Shown here: in pieces, positions 1 to 6,604 of the stretch
Layout of the letters: each line of letters starts with the position of its first letter
Position numbering within the stretch: the first letter of the stretch is position 1
Sequence record: NZ_CP027399.1
Origin: a plasmid
DNA: 10,701 nt
Reading direction: 5' to 3' (one strand)
The notes under the pieces: model-generated
What the model was told of the DNA's origin: nothing
Database searches by the model: none
Seen by the model: the letters and a program-made list of their open reading frames with translations, nothing else
Position numbers and translations under genes: made by a program

Positions 1-211
1 TTTTATTAATAAAATATTTGAATTTAATGAAATTATATATAAATAATTTTGACCTTGTTTATAAAAAAATTCTGCATTAGTTAATGAAAATTTTAAATTA
101 TTTTTTTTACTTAAAAATACTAATTTCATATTAGTTTCATCTAAATATATGTATTTTTTTTTATCAAAATATATAATATGATATTCTATATACTTTATTA
201 AATTTTTAAAT

Positions 212-1720
212 TTATTTATCATATTTTATTATTTCCAAATTTTCTAGCAATATCTTATTATTCTCAAACTTTCTTATACCTTCATTTAGTAATTCTATTG
301 CTTTTTCTCTTAAATCATTATTATAATAAACTTCTGATATTAAAGAAATTATATCAATATTATCTGTTTTTTGATAGTTATTTAAATTATTAATGATATT
401 TAAGGCTTCCTTATATTCATTATTTTCTGAAAGAATATATATATAATCATATATTATTTCAATATTTTTATCTAAAATATAAGCTTCCTTGTAATTAAAT
501 ATTGCTTCTTTTAAATCTTCATTCTTTAATGATATAAATCCTTTTAAAGAATAAATTTCTGGTATTGTACTATCCAAATCTAAGGCTATTTCCAATTCAT
601 TTAAAGCCTCTTCTATCTGTTCATTTTTTAAAAATAATTTAGATAATTCAATATGATATTCAGCAAAATATGGATCTAATAAAATCAATTTCTTATAAGT
701 TTCTATTGCTTCTTTTAAATAATTTGCTTTAGTATAGCATTGCCCTAAATTAAATAATAAAACTGTTTTTTGTAATAATGTTTTATTTATATCAAACTTT
801 TCTAACTCTTCTATTAATTTTTTTACTAATTCAATTGCTTCATCATATTTTTTATCATTAAATAAAAAAAATGCATATCCATTTCTGTTAAAAATTTTAT
901 TAATCTCAATTCTAGTATTATCAGGCTTTCTAAGGTTATTTAAAATCTCATATCCTTCATTTATATACTTTAATCCTAAATTATAATCTCTTCTATAAGT
1001 TTCCATATGCCTAGCTTGAAGAATTGATAAAGAATATAAACAACTCGCTTTATCTTCATAAGATCCATAAGAATACCATTTTTTTAAATAATATTCTGAT
1101 TTTATTGTATCTTCTTTCATATTATACGCAATAGAAAATAATGTATATAATTTTACAGATGTCTCTTTTTTTTCTATGAAATTTAATATTGATAAAGCAG
1201 TATAATAATCTCCAATATTAAGATAATATTCTGTTTGTTTAATTAAAAATTCTATGACATTTTTATCTGCAAAATTATTTTTTAGATAATAATTTATTTC
1301 TTTTTCTTGATCTGTATAAATTATATTTTCATCTTTATCTGTATTTTCAATTATAATTTTTATATTATTTGGAAATAATTCTTCAAATATATTAAAAAAT
1401 AATTTTGTTCCTTCATCTAATTTATCATAATTATTTATTGAAATTGATAAATTCTTATAATTACGAATAATATATTTTATTATCTTAATAATTTCTCTTT
1501 TAATTTTATTTTTTGTATAAAATCTAATTTGATTTTGAATTTTAGCTGAGGAAGTTAGAGAAAATTTTAAATTCTCATCATTAAATTTTAAATTTAAAAT
1601 TTTACAAGCTCTTTTAAATTCTAAATTTTTCTCTATTTCTAACATTTTTAATTTATAAATAATAGTTTTTAATCCTAAAAAAGATATCAAAATTTTGTCT
1701 TTAACAATTAATTCAACCAT
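212..1720 (-). CDS. TPR-repeat protein (~502 aa from the ATG at 1720; the six-frame ORF extends to an ATG at 1783, giving 523 aa)
   Basis: Long minus-strand ORF ending at TAA 212-214. The C-terminal two thirds consist of repeated 34-residue TPR-like units (e.g. YDEAIELVKKLIE, LKEAIETYKKLILLDPYFAEYHIELSKLF, EEALNELEIALDLDS, YKEALNIINNL). The ATG at 1720 is preceded by a strong RBS (AAAGGAGAA, 6-nt spacer). The ATG at 1783 has no RBS; it sits 3 nt after the stop of the upstream 29-aa ORF (TAA-AAA-ATG). A terminator hairpin (1751-1774) would lie inside the coding region if 1783 were the start. No obvious HTH is visible in the N-terminal ~100 aa. Confidence 0.75.
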   Translation of the reverse strand: MVELIVKDKILISFLGLKTIIYKLKMLEIEKNLEFKRACKILNLKFNDENLKFSLTSSAKIQNQIRFYTKNKIKREIIKIIKYIIRNYKNLSISINNYDKLDEGTKLFFNIFEELFPNNIKIIIENTDKDENIIYTDQEKEINYYLKNNFADKNVIEFLIKQTEYYLNIGDYYTALSILNFIEKKETSVKLYTLFSIAYNMKEDTIKSEYYLKKWYSYGSYEDKASCLYSLSILQARHMETYRRDYNLGLKYINEGYEILNNLRKPDNTRIEINKIFNRNGYAFFLFNDKKYDEAIELVKKLIEELEKFDINKTLLQKTVLLFNLGQCYTKANYLKEAIETYKKLILLDPYFAEYHIELSKLFLKNEQIEEALNELEIALDLDSTIPEIYSLKGFISLKNEDLKEAIFNYKEAYILDKNIEIIYDYIYILSENNEYKEALNIINNLNNYQKTDNIDIISLISEVYYNNDLREKAIELLNEGIRKFENNKILLENLEIIKYDK

Positions 1721-1744
1721 AACATATTCTCCTTTTAAAATTTT

Positions 1745-1774
1745 TATTTTAAAAAAGCTGTTAAAAATAACAGC
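1745..1774 (-). terminator. Rho-independent terminator between the 29-aa ORF and the TPR gene RBS
   Basis: Minus-strand RNA: GCUGUUA-UUUU-UAACAGC (7-bp stem, 3 G:C pairs, tetraloop) followed by UUUUUU then AAAAUAAAAA. On the plus strand the hairpin is not followed by an immediate T-run, so it is minus-strand specific. The stem is weak, so probably leaky. Confidence 0.45.
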
Positions 1775-1786
1775 CTTTCTCATTTT

Positions 1787-1876
1787 TTAGAAAGCTAGAC
1801 ACCCATCTTTATAACAATACATAACAGAGAAGTTTACTTTCTTTAATTCAATTTTCTTTTTTATTAACTTTTTCAT
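1787..1876 (-). CDS. small ORF, 29 aa (MKKLIKKKIELKKVNFSVMYCYKDGCLAF); hypothetical Lys-rich peptide with two Cys
   Basis: Below the size cutoff of the ORF track. ATG at 1876 is preceded by RBS AAGGAGTG (plus-strand ctcc 1885-1888) with an 8-nt spacer. A near-consensus promoter lies upstream and an intrinsic terminator downstream, so the ORF sits in its own transcription unit. Translation done by hand from the reverse complement. Confidence 0.4.
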   Translation of the reverse strand: MKKLIKKKIELKKVNFSVMYCYKDGCLAF

Positions 1877-1905
1877 AAAAATCACTCCTTTTAATTTATA
1901 TTCAA

Positions 1906-1934
1906 AATATATCTCTGTTTTTTTCATTTGTCAA
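1906..1934 (-). promoter_or_regulatory. sigma70-like promoter: TTGACA (-35, 1934..1929), 17-nt spacer, TATATT (-10, 1911..1906)
   Basis: Read on the minus strand: TTGACA-aatgaaaaaaacagaga-TATATT. It lies about 30 nt upstream of the RBS/ATG of the 29-aa ORF and downstream of the stop of the 1971-2426 gene. Confidence 0.45.
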
Positions 1935-1970
1935 TAAAAGTTTTATTTTTAACTTACAGTTACCTAATTA

Positions 1971-2426
1971 TTATTTCCAAATTTGATACCATTTTTTATT
2001 TTTTTTATTTTCTAACAATAATTGATATGTTTTATTAGTTTCTGAAATTTGCTCAAATAATCTTTGATAATTTAATTTATCTTCTTTTATTTCTTCTTCC
2101 ATTCTTGAAATAAAATTATTTTTATTTTCTAATTGTATATTTAATATTTTTATTTCTTGTTCTAATTCTTTAATTTTTTTATTTTGATTTTCAGTTTCAA
2201 AATTTAATAATTTAATTATATCATTTTGACTATCAATTTTGGGGGCACTTTTGATACTTTGAGTTTCAAAAGGTATTAATGAAGTATCAATTTGAGTATC
2301 AATTATATATAATTTACCATCTTCTCCTTTTACTTCTTTGACACTTCCTTCTCTAACATATTTTTTTAGTGTATTCCTAGATTTTATACCCTTTAAAGCC
2401 ATATATTCTTTATATGTAAATTTCAT
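1971..2426 (-). CDS. DNA-binding protein with an N-terminal excisionase/MerR-like HTH and a C-terminal coiled-coil (151 aa)
   Basis: ATG at 2426 with RBS AAAGGAGAA (7-nt spacer). The N-terminus (YMALKGIKSRNTLKKYVREGSVKEVKGEDGKLYII) fits the excisionase-type HTH pattern (S-R-T-hydrophobic-x-x-hydrophobic-x-x-G-x-hydrophobic...K-x-G-x-x-hydrophobic-hydrophobic-I). The C-terminal half is K/E/L/N/Q-rich with heptad periodicity (KKIKELEQEIKILNIQLENK...). Confidence 0.7.
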   Translation of the reverse strand: MKFTYKEYMALKGIKSRNTLKKYVREGSVKEVKGEDGKLYIIDTQIDTSLIPFETQSIKSAPKIDSQNDIIKLLNFETENQNKKIKELEQEIKILNIQLENKNNFISRMEEEIKEDKLNYQRLFEQISETNKTYQLLLENKKNKKWYQIWK

Positions 2427-2438
2427 AAATTTCTCCTT

Positions 2439-2497
2439 TTGACTATCAATTTGACAATGTCAATTGACTATCAATGATCATCAAATTGACTATCAAT
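2439..2497. repeat. Iteron cluster: three direct copies of TTGACTATCAAT (2439-2450, 2464-2475, 2486-2497) plus the palindrome TTGACA-A-TGTCAA (2451-2463)
   Basis: Exact 12-mer repeated 3 times within 59 bp of the 76-bp spacer between the rep stop (2502) and the HTH-gene start (2426). A 4th exact copy lies inside the HTH gene at 2226-2237, with related ATCAATT(T) half-sites at 2284-2304. The palindrome contains a TTGACA -35 hexamer in both orientations. Confidence 0.6.
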
Positions 2498-2501
2498 TTC
2501 A

Positions 2502-3938
2502 TTATACCTCTATTTCTATTAAATTCCAATATTTTTTTACTGTATTCTTAGAAAGTCCCGTTTCTTTCTGACAACGATACATTGTAGCATTAGGATTATT
2601 TTTTTTATATTCAATAACTATATTTTCTTTTGTTCCTTCACCAATAGGTTTACCATTTTTATTTCTCCATTCTCCATTTGGAAAATCTAAATTTTGCAAT
2701 ATTCTTGCTCTTAATAAATGTTCTTTTTGTTTTCTACCATTTCTTTTATTAGGTGGAATAATAATTCCAGTAATTTTTTCAATATCTTTTCTAGGAAATG
2801 TCGAATAATTTTCTCTAAATGCCTTTAAAGAGTCTTCAATATCTTCTTTGGTAAAATGATTATCTTCATTCATTGTTAAATTTTCCATAGGTGCTAATAA
2901 AGAATAAGAATCTTTTTTTAATTCTTCATAATCAATATTACATTTAATGGCATACATAGCTAAACTCATCAAACAAAAATATCTATGACCTTCTTTAACT
3001 TCATTTCCTTTAATTTTATTTAACCACCAATCGTATAAATCTCTTTTAATATTCCATTTCCCCCTTTTTTCGCCTTTAACTATTCTTCTTTCATACCAAT
3101 CTGGGTACAATTCTTTTGCTTTTTCTAATGATATTTTACTATGTCTATATGTAGATTTATTAATCATAGCAATTTGATCCATAGTCAATCTTTTTTTCTC
3201 TTCATAAATAAAGTTATTAAGATATTCTATTGTAGCATAAGGAATATCATTAAATTTAAAAGCCGTTACAATTTCTCCAAATTTAGTTTTAGTTCCAGGT
3301 AATCTAAAACCTTGAAAAATTCCTTGAACTTGTTTTTCAGAAATACTAGATGTATACATATTCCAAATTTCAACAGTAAGTTTATACTTAAAATCTTTAA
3401 GTAAAACTTTAATATTATCAAATAAAGCAATTGGCTTTTCAAATAAATAATATAAATGAACTCCATTACCACTATTAACAATCAAATTTGCAATAGGTAA
3501 TCTTTTAGTTCTCATTTGATGTAATAAATCTTGTAAATTAGATAAAAAAACTCCATCAATATCAAAAGCAATACCATAACAATATCTAGCATTATTAGAA
3601 TTTCTATTTCTACCTATATAAGTTATAGGAGATGTAATAACAAAGTCTTGACCTTCAAATTCTGGTAATTCTTCTAAATCTCTTGTAATAATTTTACTAA
3701 AACTTTTCTCTTTTTTTATATTAACAATAATAGAATTATACTGGCCTTCAACATAATTTTCTTTCCCTTTTAATTCAAAAGGATACTCATTATTTCTCAT
3801 AAAAACAAATTCATAAAAACCATATAAATCAATACGATCCAAATCAAAAATATCATTATATTCTAAAAATAAATTTTTCTCATTAAAATTCTGAATTTTA
3901 TCTTCAATAGTTAAATATTCAACATTCTTATTAGACAT
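2502..3938 (-). CDS. Plasmid/phage-type replication initiator: primase-polymerase (archaeo-eukaryotic primase superfamily) domain followed by a primase C-terminal (PriCT-1-like) motif (478 aa)
   Basis: ATG at 3938 with RBS AAGGAG (5-nt spacer). The three primase-polymerase motifs are visible: motif I (two catalytic Asp) GIAFDIDG; motif II (Ser-Gly-x-Gly-x-His) NSGNGVHLYY; motif III (Arg-x-Pro-Gly) FRLPGTKTK. Downstream, EGHRYFCLMSLAMYAIKC matches the Gly-x-Arg-Asn(His) plus hydrophobic helix signature of the PriCT-1 primase C-terminal motif. The extreme C-terminus (TMYRCQKETGLSKNTVKKYW) looks like an HTH. Confidence 0.75.
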   Translation of the reverse strand: MSNKNVEYLTIEDKIQNFNEKNLFLEYNDIFDLDRIDLYGFYEFVFMRNNEYPFELKGKENYVEGQYNSIIVNIKKEKSFSKIITRDLEELPEFEGQDFVITSPITYIGRNRNSNNARYCYGIAFDIDGVFLSNLQDLLHQMRTKRLPIANLIVNSGNGVHLYYLFEKPIALFDNIKVLLKDFKYKLTVEIWNMYTSSISEKQVQGIFQGFRLPGTKTKFGEIVTAFKFNDIPYATIEYLNNFIYEEKKRLTMDQIAMINKSTYRHSKISLEKAKELYPDWYERRIVKGEKRGKWNIKRDLYDWWLNKIKGNEVKEGHRYFCLMSLAMYAIKCNIDYEELKKDSYSLLAPMENLTMNEDNHFTKEDIEDSLKAFRENYSTFPRKDIEKITGIIIPPNKRNGRKQKEHLLRARILQNLDFPNGEWRNKNGKPIGEGTKENIVIEYKKNNPNATMYRCQKETGLSKNTVKKYWNLIEIEV

Positions 3939-4091
3939 AACTACTCCTTAATTTTATATATAATTAAAAAATTTTTCTCATACTTAAACGATAAATAGCT
4001 TCATAATAACCATATGGCGTTATTTTATCAATACAGTTTTTTGACCCTATTTTATTTTAACAAATTTTTATGCTAATAGTCAATAAATAGC

Positions 4092-4120
4092 TTGATTTTA
4101 TTTTGTTTTTAGAGTATAAT
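4092..4120 (+). promoter_or_regulatory. Possible sigma70 promoter TTGATT-17-TATAAT
   Basis: -35 TTGATT at 4092-4097, spacer of 17 nt, -10 TATAAT at 4115-4120. In DNA this AT-rich such matches can arise by chance. A strong terminator follows about 45 nt downstream, which would give a transcript of roughly 75 nt. Confidence 0.3.
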
Positions 4121-4166
4121 TATGTTGTAAATAATTATAATTATTAAAAATTAGTTGATACATTGG

Positions 4167-4199
4167 CATAGATAGTTTGGCGACTATCTATTTTTTTTT
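4167..4199 (+). terminator. Strong intrinsic terminator-like hairpin: atagatagt-ttggcg-actatctat followed by T9
   Basis: Perfect 9-bp stem (4167-4175 / 4182-4190), 6-nt loop, then nine consecutive T (4191-4199). On the minus strand no U-run follows the hairpin, so it is plus-strand specific. Confidence 0.5.
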
Positions 4200-4205
4200 A
4201 TTTTA

Positions 4206-4214
4206 TGTTATAAT
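4206..4214 (+). promoter_or_regulatory. Extended -10 promoter element TGtTATAAT
   Basis: TG at 4206-4207 and TATAAT at 4209-4214, immediately after the T-run of the upstream hairpin. It lies about 40 nt upstream of the RBS of the 30-aa ORF. No good -35 hexamer, which is acceptable for extended -10 promoters. Confidence 0.35.
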
Positions 4215-4255
4215 AAAATCGCCTCTGCTTTTTTTCTACGAGGAAAGGAGTAGAA

Positions 4256-4348
4256 ATGTATCAACTAATAAAAAAAATAATAGCATTTGTATTATTAGGT
4301 ATTATAATAATCGCCAATATTATATTACCCTTAACAATGTTATTTTAA
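4256..4348 (+). CDS. small ORF, 30 aa hydrophobic peptide (MYQLIKKIIAFVLLGIIIIANIILPLTMLF), predicted single transmembrane helix
   Basis: Not in the ORF track (too short, and in a different frame from the 69-aa shadow ORF 4177-4386). RBS AGGAAAGGAG (4241-4250), 5-nt spacer, ATG at 4256, TAA at 4346-4348. A terminator hairpin starts 8 nt after the stop. The product has a KK N-terminus followed by an uninterrupted hydrophobic stretch. Confidence 0.45.
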   Translation: MYQLIKKIIAFVLLGIIIIANIILPLTMLF

Positions 4349-4355
4349 AATTTTT

Positions 4356-4380
4356 CTGCAGCCTTTTGCTGCAGTTTTTT
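4356..4380 (+). terminator. Intrinsic terminator: ctgcagc-ctttt-gctgcag followed by T6
   Basis: 7-bp G/C-containing stem (4356-4362 / 4368-4374), 5-nt loop, then TTTTTT (4375-4380). It lies directly after the 30-aa ORF. In the minus orientation the hairpin is followed by AAAAATTTT, so it is less convincing as a terminator for the convergent mob gene. Confidence 0.5.
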
Positions 4381-4497
4381 ATTTAAAATGAATTATGCTT
4401 CTAATTTGCTAAAAATTGCCCCTCTAAGCTCCAAAATCAAAAAAAAAGGTTTTAATACCCCTTAATATAAAAAATGGCTCAGAATTGAAATTTGGGC

Positions 4498-6420
4498 TTA
4501 TCTCTCTAATGTTTTCCCTTGTGTCTTAATTTTATTCCATGCAGATTCAGGTTCTTCAAATCCTAATTCAACATTTATTTCTTTTGTTGCATTATTTTCA
4601 TCATAATAATTTGATAAATTAGATACTTTATCAATTATCTTATCAACTATTTTCTTTAAATTTGGTACATATTTCATTACATTTTGAATTACATTTAAAG
4701 TTCTTTTATACCAAGTCAATTCTCCTTTTACCTCATCTAATTCTTTTTCAATCTTTTTCTTTTCTTGTTTTAAATTGGTTATTTCATTATCTCTTAATCT
4801 TATAGTTGATTCTAATTGCTTAATTTTTTCATTTTTACTATTTAATTCAGAGTTTTTTATTTCTTCTAATCTTTGATATTTTTCTTTTAAATTAGCTATT
4901 AAAAATTCCTTTTCTGCTAAACTATTTTTAAATGAACTTAATTTGCTAGAATTGTCTTTTGCCATTCTAAAAATATATTCATAATTTTCTTTTGTTGTAG
5001 TTATCATTGGTGTACTATCAAACATTCCTTTTTTATGTTCTGATTTTTCATTATATATCTTTTCTAGCATTTGAATATTTACCCATTTATCAGTATTAGT
5101 AAATTTTGTTATTTGTCCCCTAATATTTTCTTTTTCATCTTTAACTTGTTGCAATTCATTTTTTTGACTTTTAAGATCCTCTATTATTTTTTTATTTTCA
5201 ATTATACTTTCTTCTTTTTCTTTTTGTGCTTTCAGTTTTTCTTCTTCAAGTTTTAAATACTCTTTATATTCTATTTCTTTTGCTAGTGCTATATAGTCGT
5301 GTTGTATCTTAGCATTAAAATCAAATTTAGTCTCTATTTTCTTATTAAAAAGTTCTCTCCATTCTTCTTTATCTAGTTCCATAAATTCTTCTTTTAACTT
5401 TTCTCTATTTCTTTTTCTTATGTATCTATACATTTCAATTTCAGTTAGTGGTTCTCTTTTTAAAATTTTCTTTTCAATATTTTTATTTTCTCTTTCTATT
5501 GTTTCTTTAATCTCGTAATGGTCTTTTGATTTACCATCATATACTTTCTCAGTAGAATTTTTTACAAACTCTACCTCTTCCCCTCTTATTTCAGTTGCTT
5601 TCTTACATAACTCTTTAATAAATTTATGCTCTTTACAAAAATTAAAAAGTTTATTTTGATAATCTTGATATGAATTAGATTTAGCAGCAATAGTCTTTGT
5701 TGTAGTAAAGCAATATTTCATATCAGTTTTTTTATTTCTTGGCTTGTATGATTTTATTATTTCTTCTCTATTTTCTTCAATCCATTTTTCTTTTGCGTGT
5801 TTATATAATTTTTTACTTTTAGGATCCGTATAATTTTCTTGTCCTTTTAAACTGCTATTGTATCTTGTGAACTTATTACTTGCCACCTTTTCAAATAATT
5901 CTTTATCGTTTCTAATGTCTTTCTCATCACTAGATTTTATTTCAGTTCTATATATTCCCATTATCTGCAAGTGTGGAGTAAATTCATCGAATTGTATCAC
6001 TTCTGATAGAATTCTATAATCTTCCCCCATATAATTTTTTATAAATTGAGAAACATCTTTATAAAACTCCGTCCACTCATCTTTACTTGCTAAAAAAGTT
6101 AAATTGATTCCACCTAAATTTACAAAGTTGGTTGCTTGAATTGTAGGTGTCGTAGAGTAAAAATCTTCAAATTTACTGGTATCTTTATTTAAACTATAAT
6201 CTGTATTTAAAATGTAATTATCATATTCTTCAAGATCAAACTTTTTTAGAATAATATTCTCCCCAGATAATTTTAGATTTATGTCTGGATTCTTCTGTTC
6301 TCCAATCCTTTCATACTCACCTGCAATGTCAATAATTTGTTGCCGACTTCCAGAAACTTTTGTTGACTTTTTCTTAAAATTTGAAAATATTTTGACTTGT
6401 TTTGCTATTGACATCTTCAA
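4498..6420 (-). CDS. mob: MobV / Mob_Pre-family relaxase (plasmid recombination/mobilization enzyme) with a long C-terminal coiled-coil (640 aa)
   Basis: ATG at 6420 with RBS AAAGGAGTGA (6-nt spacer). The N-terminus MKMSIAKQVKIFS follows the Mob_Pre start pattern (compare MobM of pMV158, MSYMVARMQKMKA). ...EYERIGEQKNPDINLKL aligns with MobM HNERVFETHSNKDINPSR. ...NYMGEDY...EVIQFDEFTPHLQIMGI aligns with MobM NYFAENY...ASVHLDESTPHMHMGVV (the HxDExTPHxH metal-binding motif). The C-terminal ~350 aa are a K/E-rich coiled-coil, as in MobM. Alignment was done by eye from memory of MobM. Confidence 0.7.
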   Translation of the reverse strand: MKMSIAKQVKIFSNFKKKSTKVSGSRQQIIDIAGEYERIGEQKNPDINLKLSGENIILKKFDLEEYDNYILNTDYSLNKDTSKFEDFYSTTPTIQATNFVNLGGINLTFLASKDEWTEFYKDVSQFIKNYMGEDYRILSEVIQFDEFTPHLQIMGIYRTEIKSSDEKDIRNDKELFEKVASNKFTRYNSSLKGQENYTDPKSKKLYKHAKEKWIEENREEIIKSYKPRNKKTDMKYCFTTTKTIAAKSNSYQDYQNKLFNFCKEHKFIKELCKKATEIRGEEVEFVKNSTEKVYDGKSKDHYEIKETIERENKNIEKKILKREPLTEIEMYRYIRKRNREKLKEEFMELDKEEWRELFNKKIETKFDFNAKIQHDYIALAKEIEYKEYLKLEEEKLKAQKEKEESIIENKKIIEDLKSQKNELQQVKDEKENIRGQITKFTNTDKWVNIQMLEKIYNEKSEHKKGMFDSTPMITTTKENYEYIFRMAKDNSSKLSSFKNSLAEKEFLIANLKEKYQRLEEIKNSELNSKNEKIKQLESTIRLRDNEITNLKQEKKKIEKELDEVKGELTWYKRTLNVIQNVMKYVPNLKKIVDKIIDKVSNLSNYYDENNATKEINVELGFEEPESAWNKIKTQGKTLER

Positions 6421-6604
6421 TCACTCCTTTAAAGTTTACACTTAGTAGTTTTTTTTAATTTTTGACATTTCGCCATAAAATCGGAATAATAATTTTTGAT
6501 AAAATTTTGAATTTTTTGCTTAATTTTTGTAGTACAGTTAGAGACAAGTTGTTTCTGACTAAAAATTTATCGCAAAAAACACATCAAAATTTGTTCCAAT
6601 ACTC

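Noticed and set aside
119-135. AT-only hairpin actaat-ttcat-attagt downstream of the TPR gene, a possible terminator
   Set aside because: 6-bp stem with a single G:C pair. It cannot be distinguished from chance in DNA this AT-rich.
212-1720. Calling the TPR protein a bona fide RNPP transcription factor
   Set aside because: No recognisable XRE-type HTH at the N-terminus. Only the TPR architecture and the gene context support a receptor role, so it is reported as a hypothesis rather than a feature call.
1721-1783. Upstream ATG (1783) as the TPR gene start, as in the ORF track
   Set aside because: No RBS. A terminator hairpin would lie inside the first 20 codons. The ATG at 1720 has a strong RBS. 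The 1783 start is kept as an alternative because it sits 3 nt after the stop of the 29-aa ORF, so coupling is possible.
3266-3481. 71-aa minus-strand ORF nested inside the rep gene in another frame
   Set aside because: Fully overlapped by the well-supported rep CDS. Low-complexity L/I/K-rich translation typical of an out-of-frame read of AT-rich coding DNA. No RBS.
4177-4386. 69-aa plus-strand ORF from the track
   Set aside because: It begins inside the T-run of a terminator hairpin, has no RBS and gives a low-complexity product. The 30-aa ORF in another frame (4256-4348) has a strong RBS and is the better candidate in this region.
5071-5256. 61-aa plus-strand ORF (F-rich)
   Set aside because: Antisense shadow of the K/E-rich coiled-coil region of mob. 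Poly-Phe from reading AAA/GAA codons backwards.
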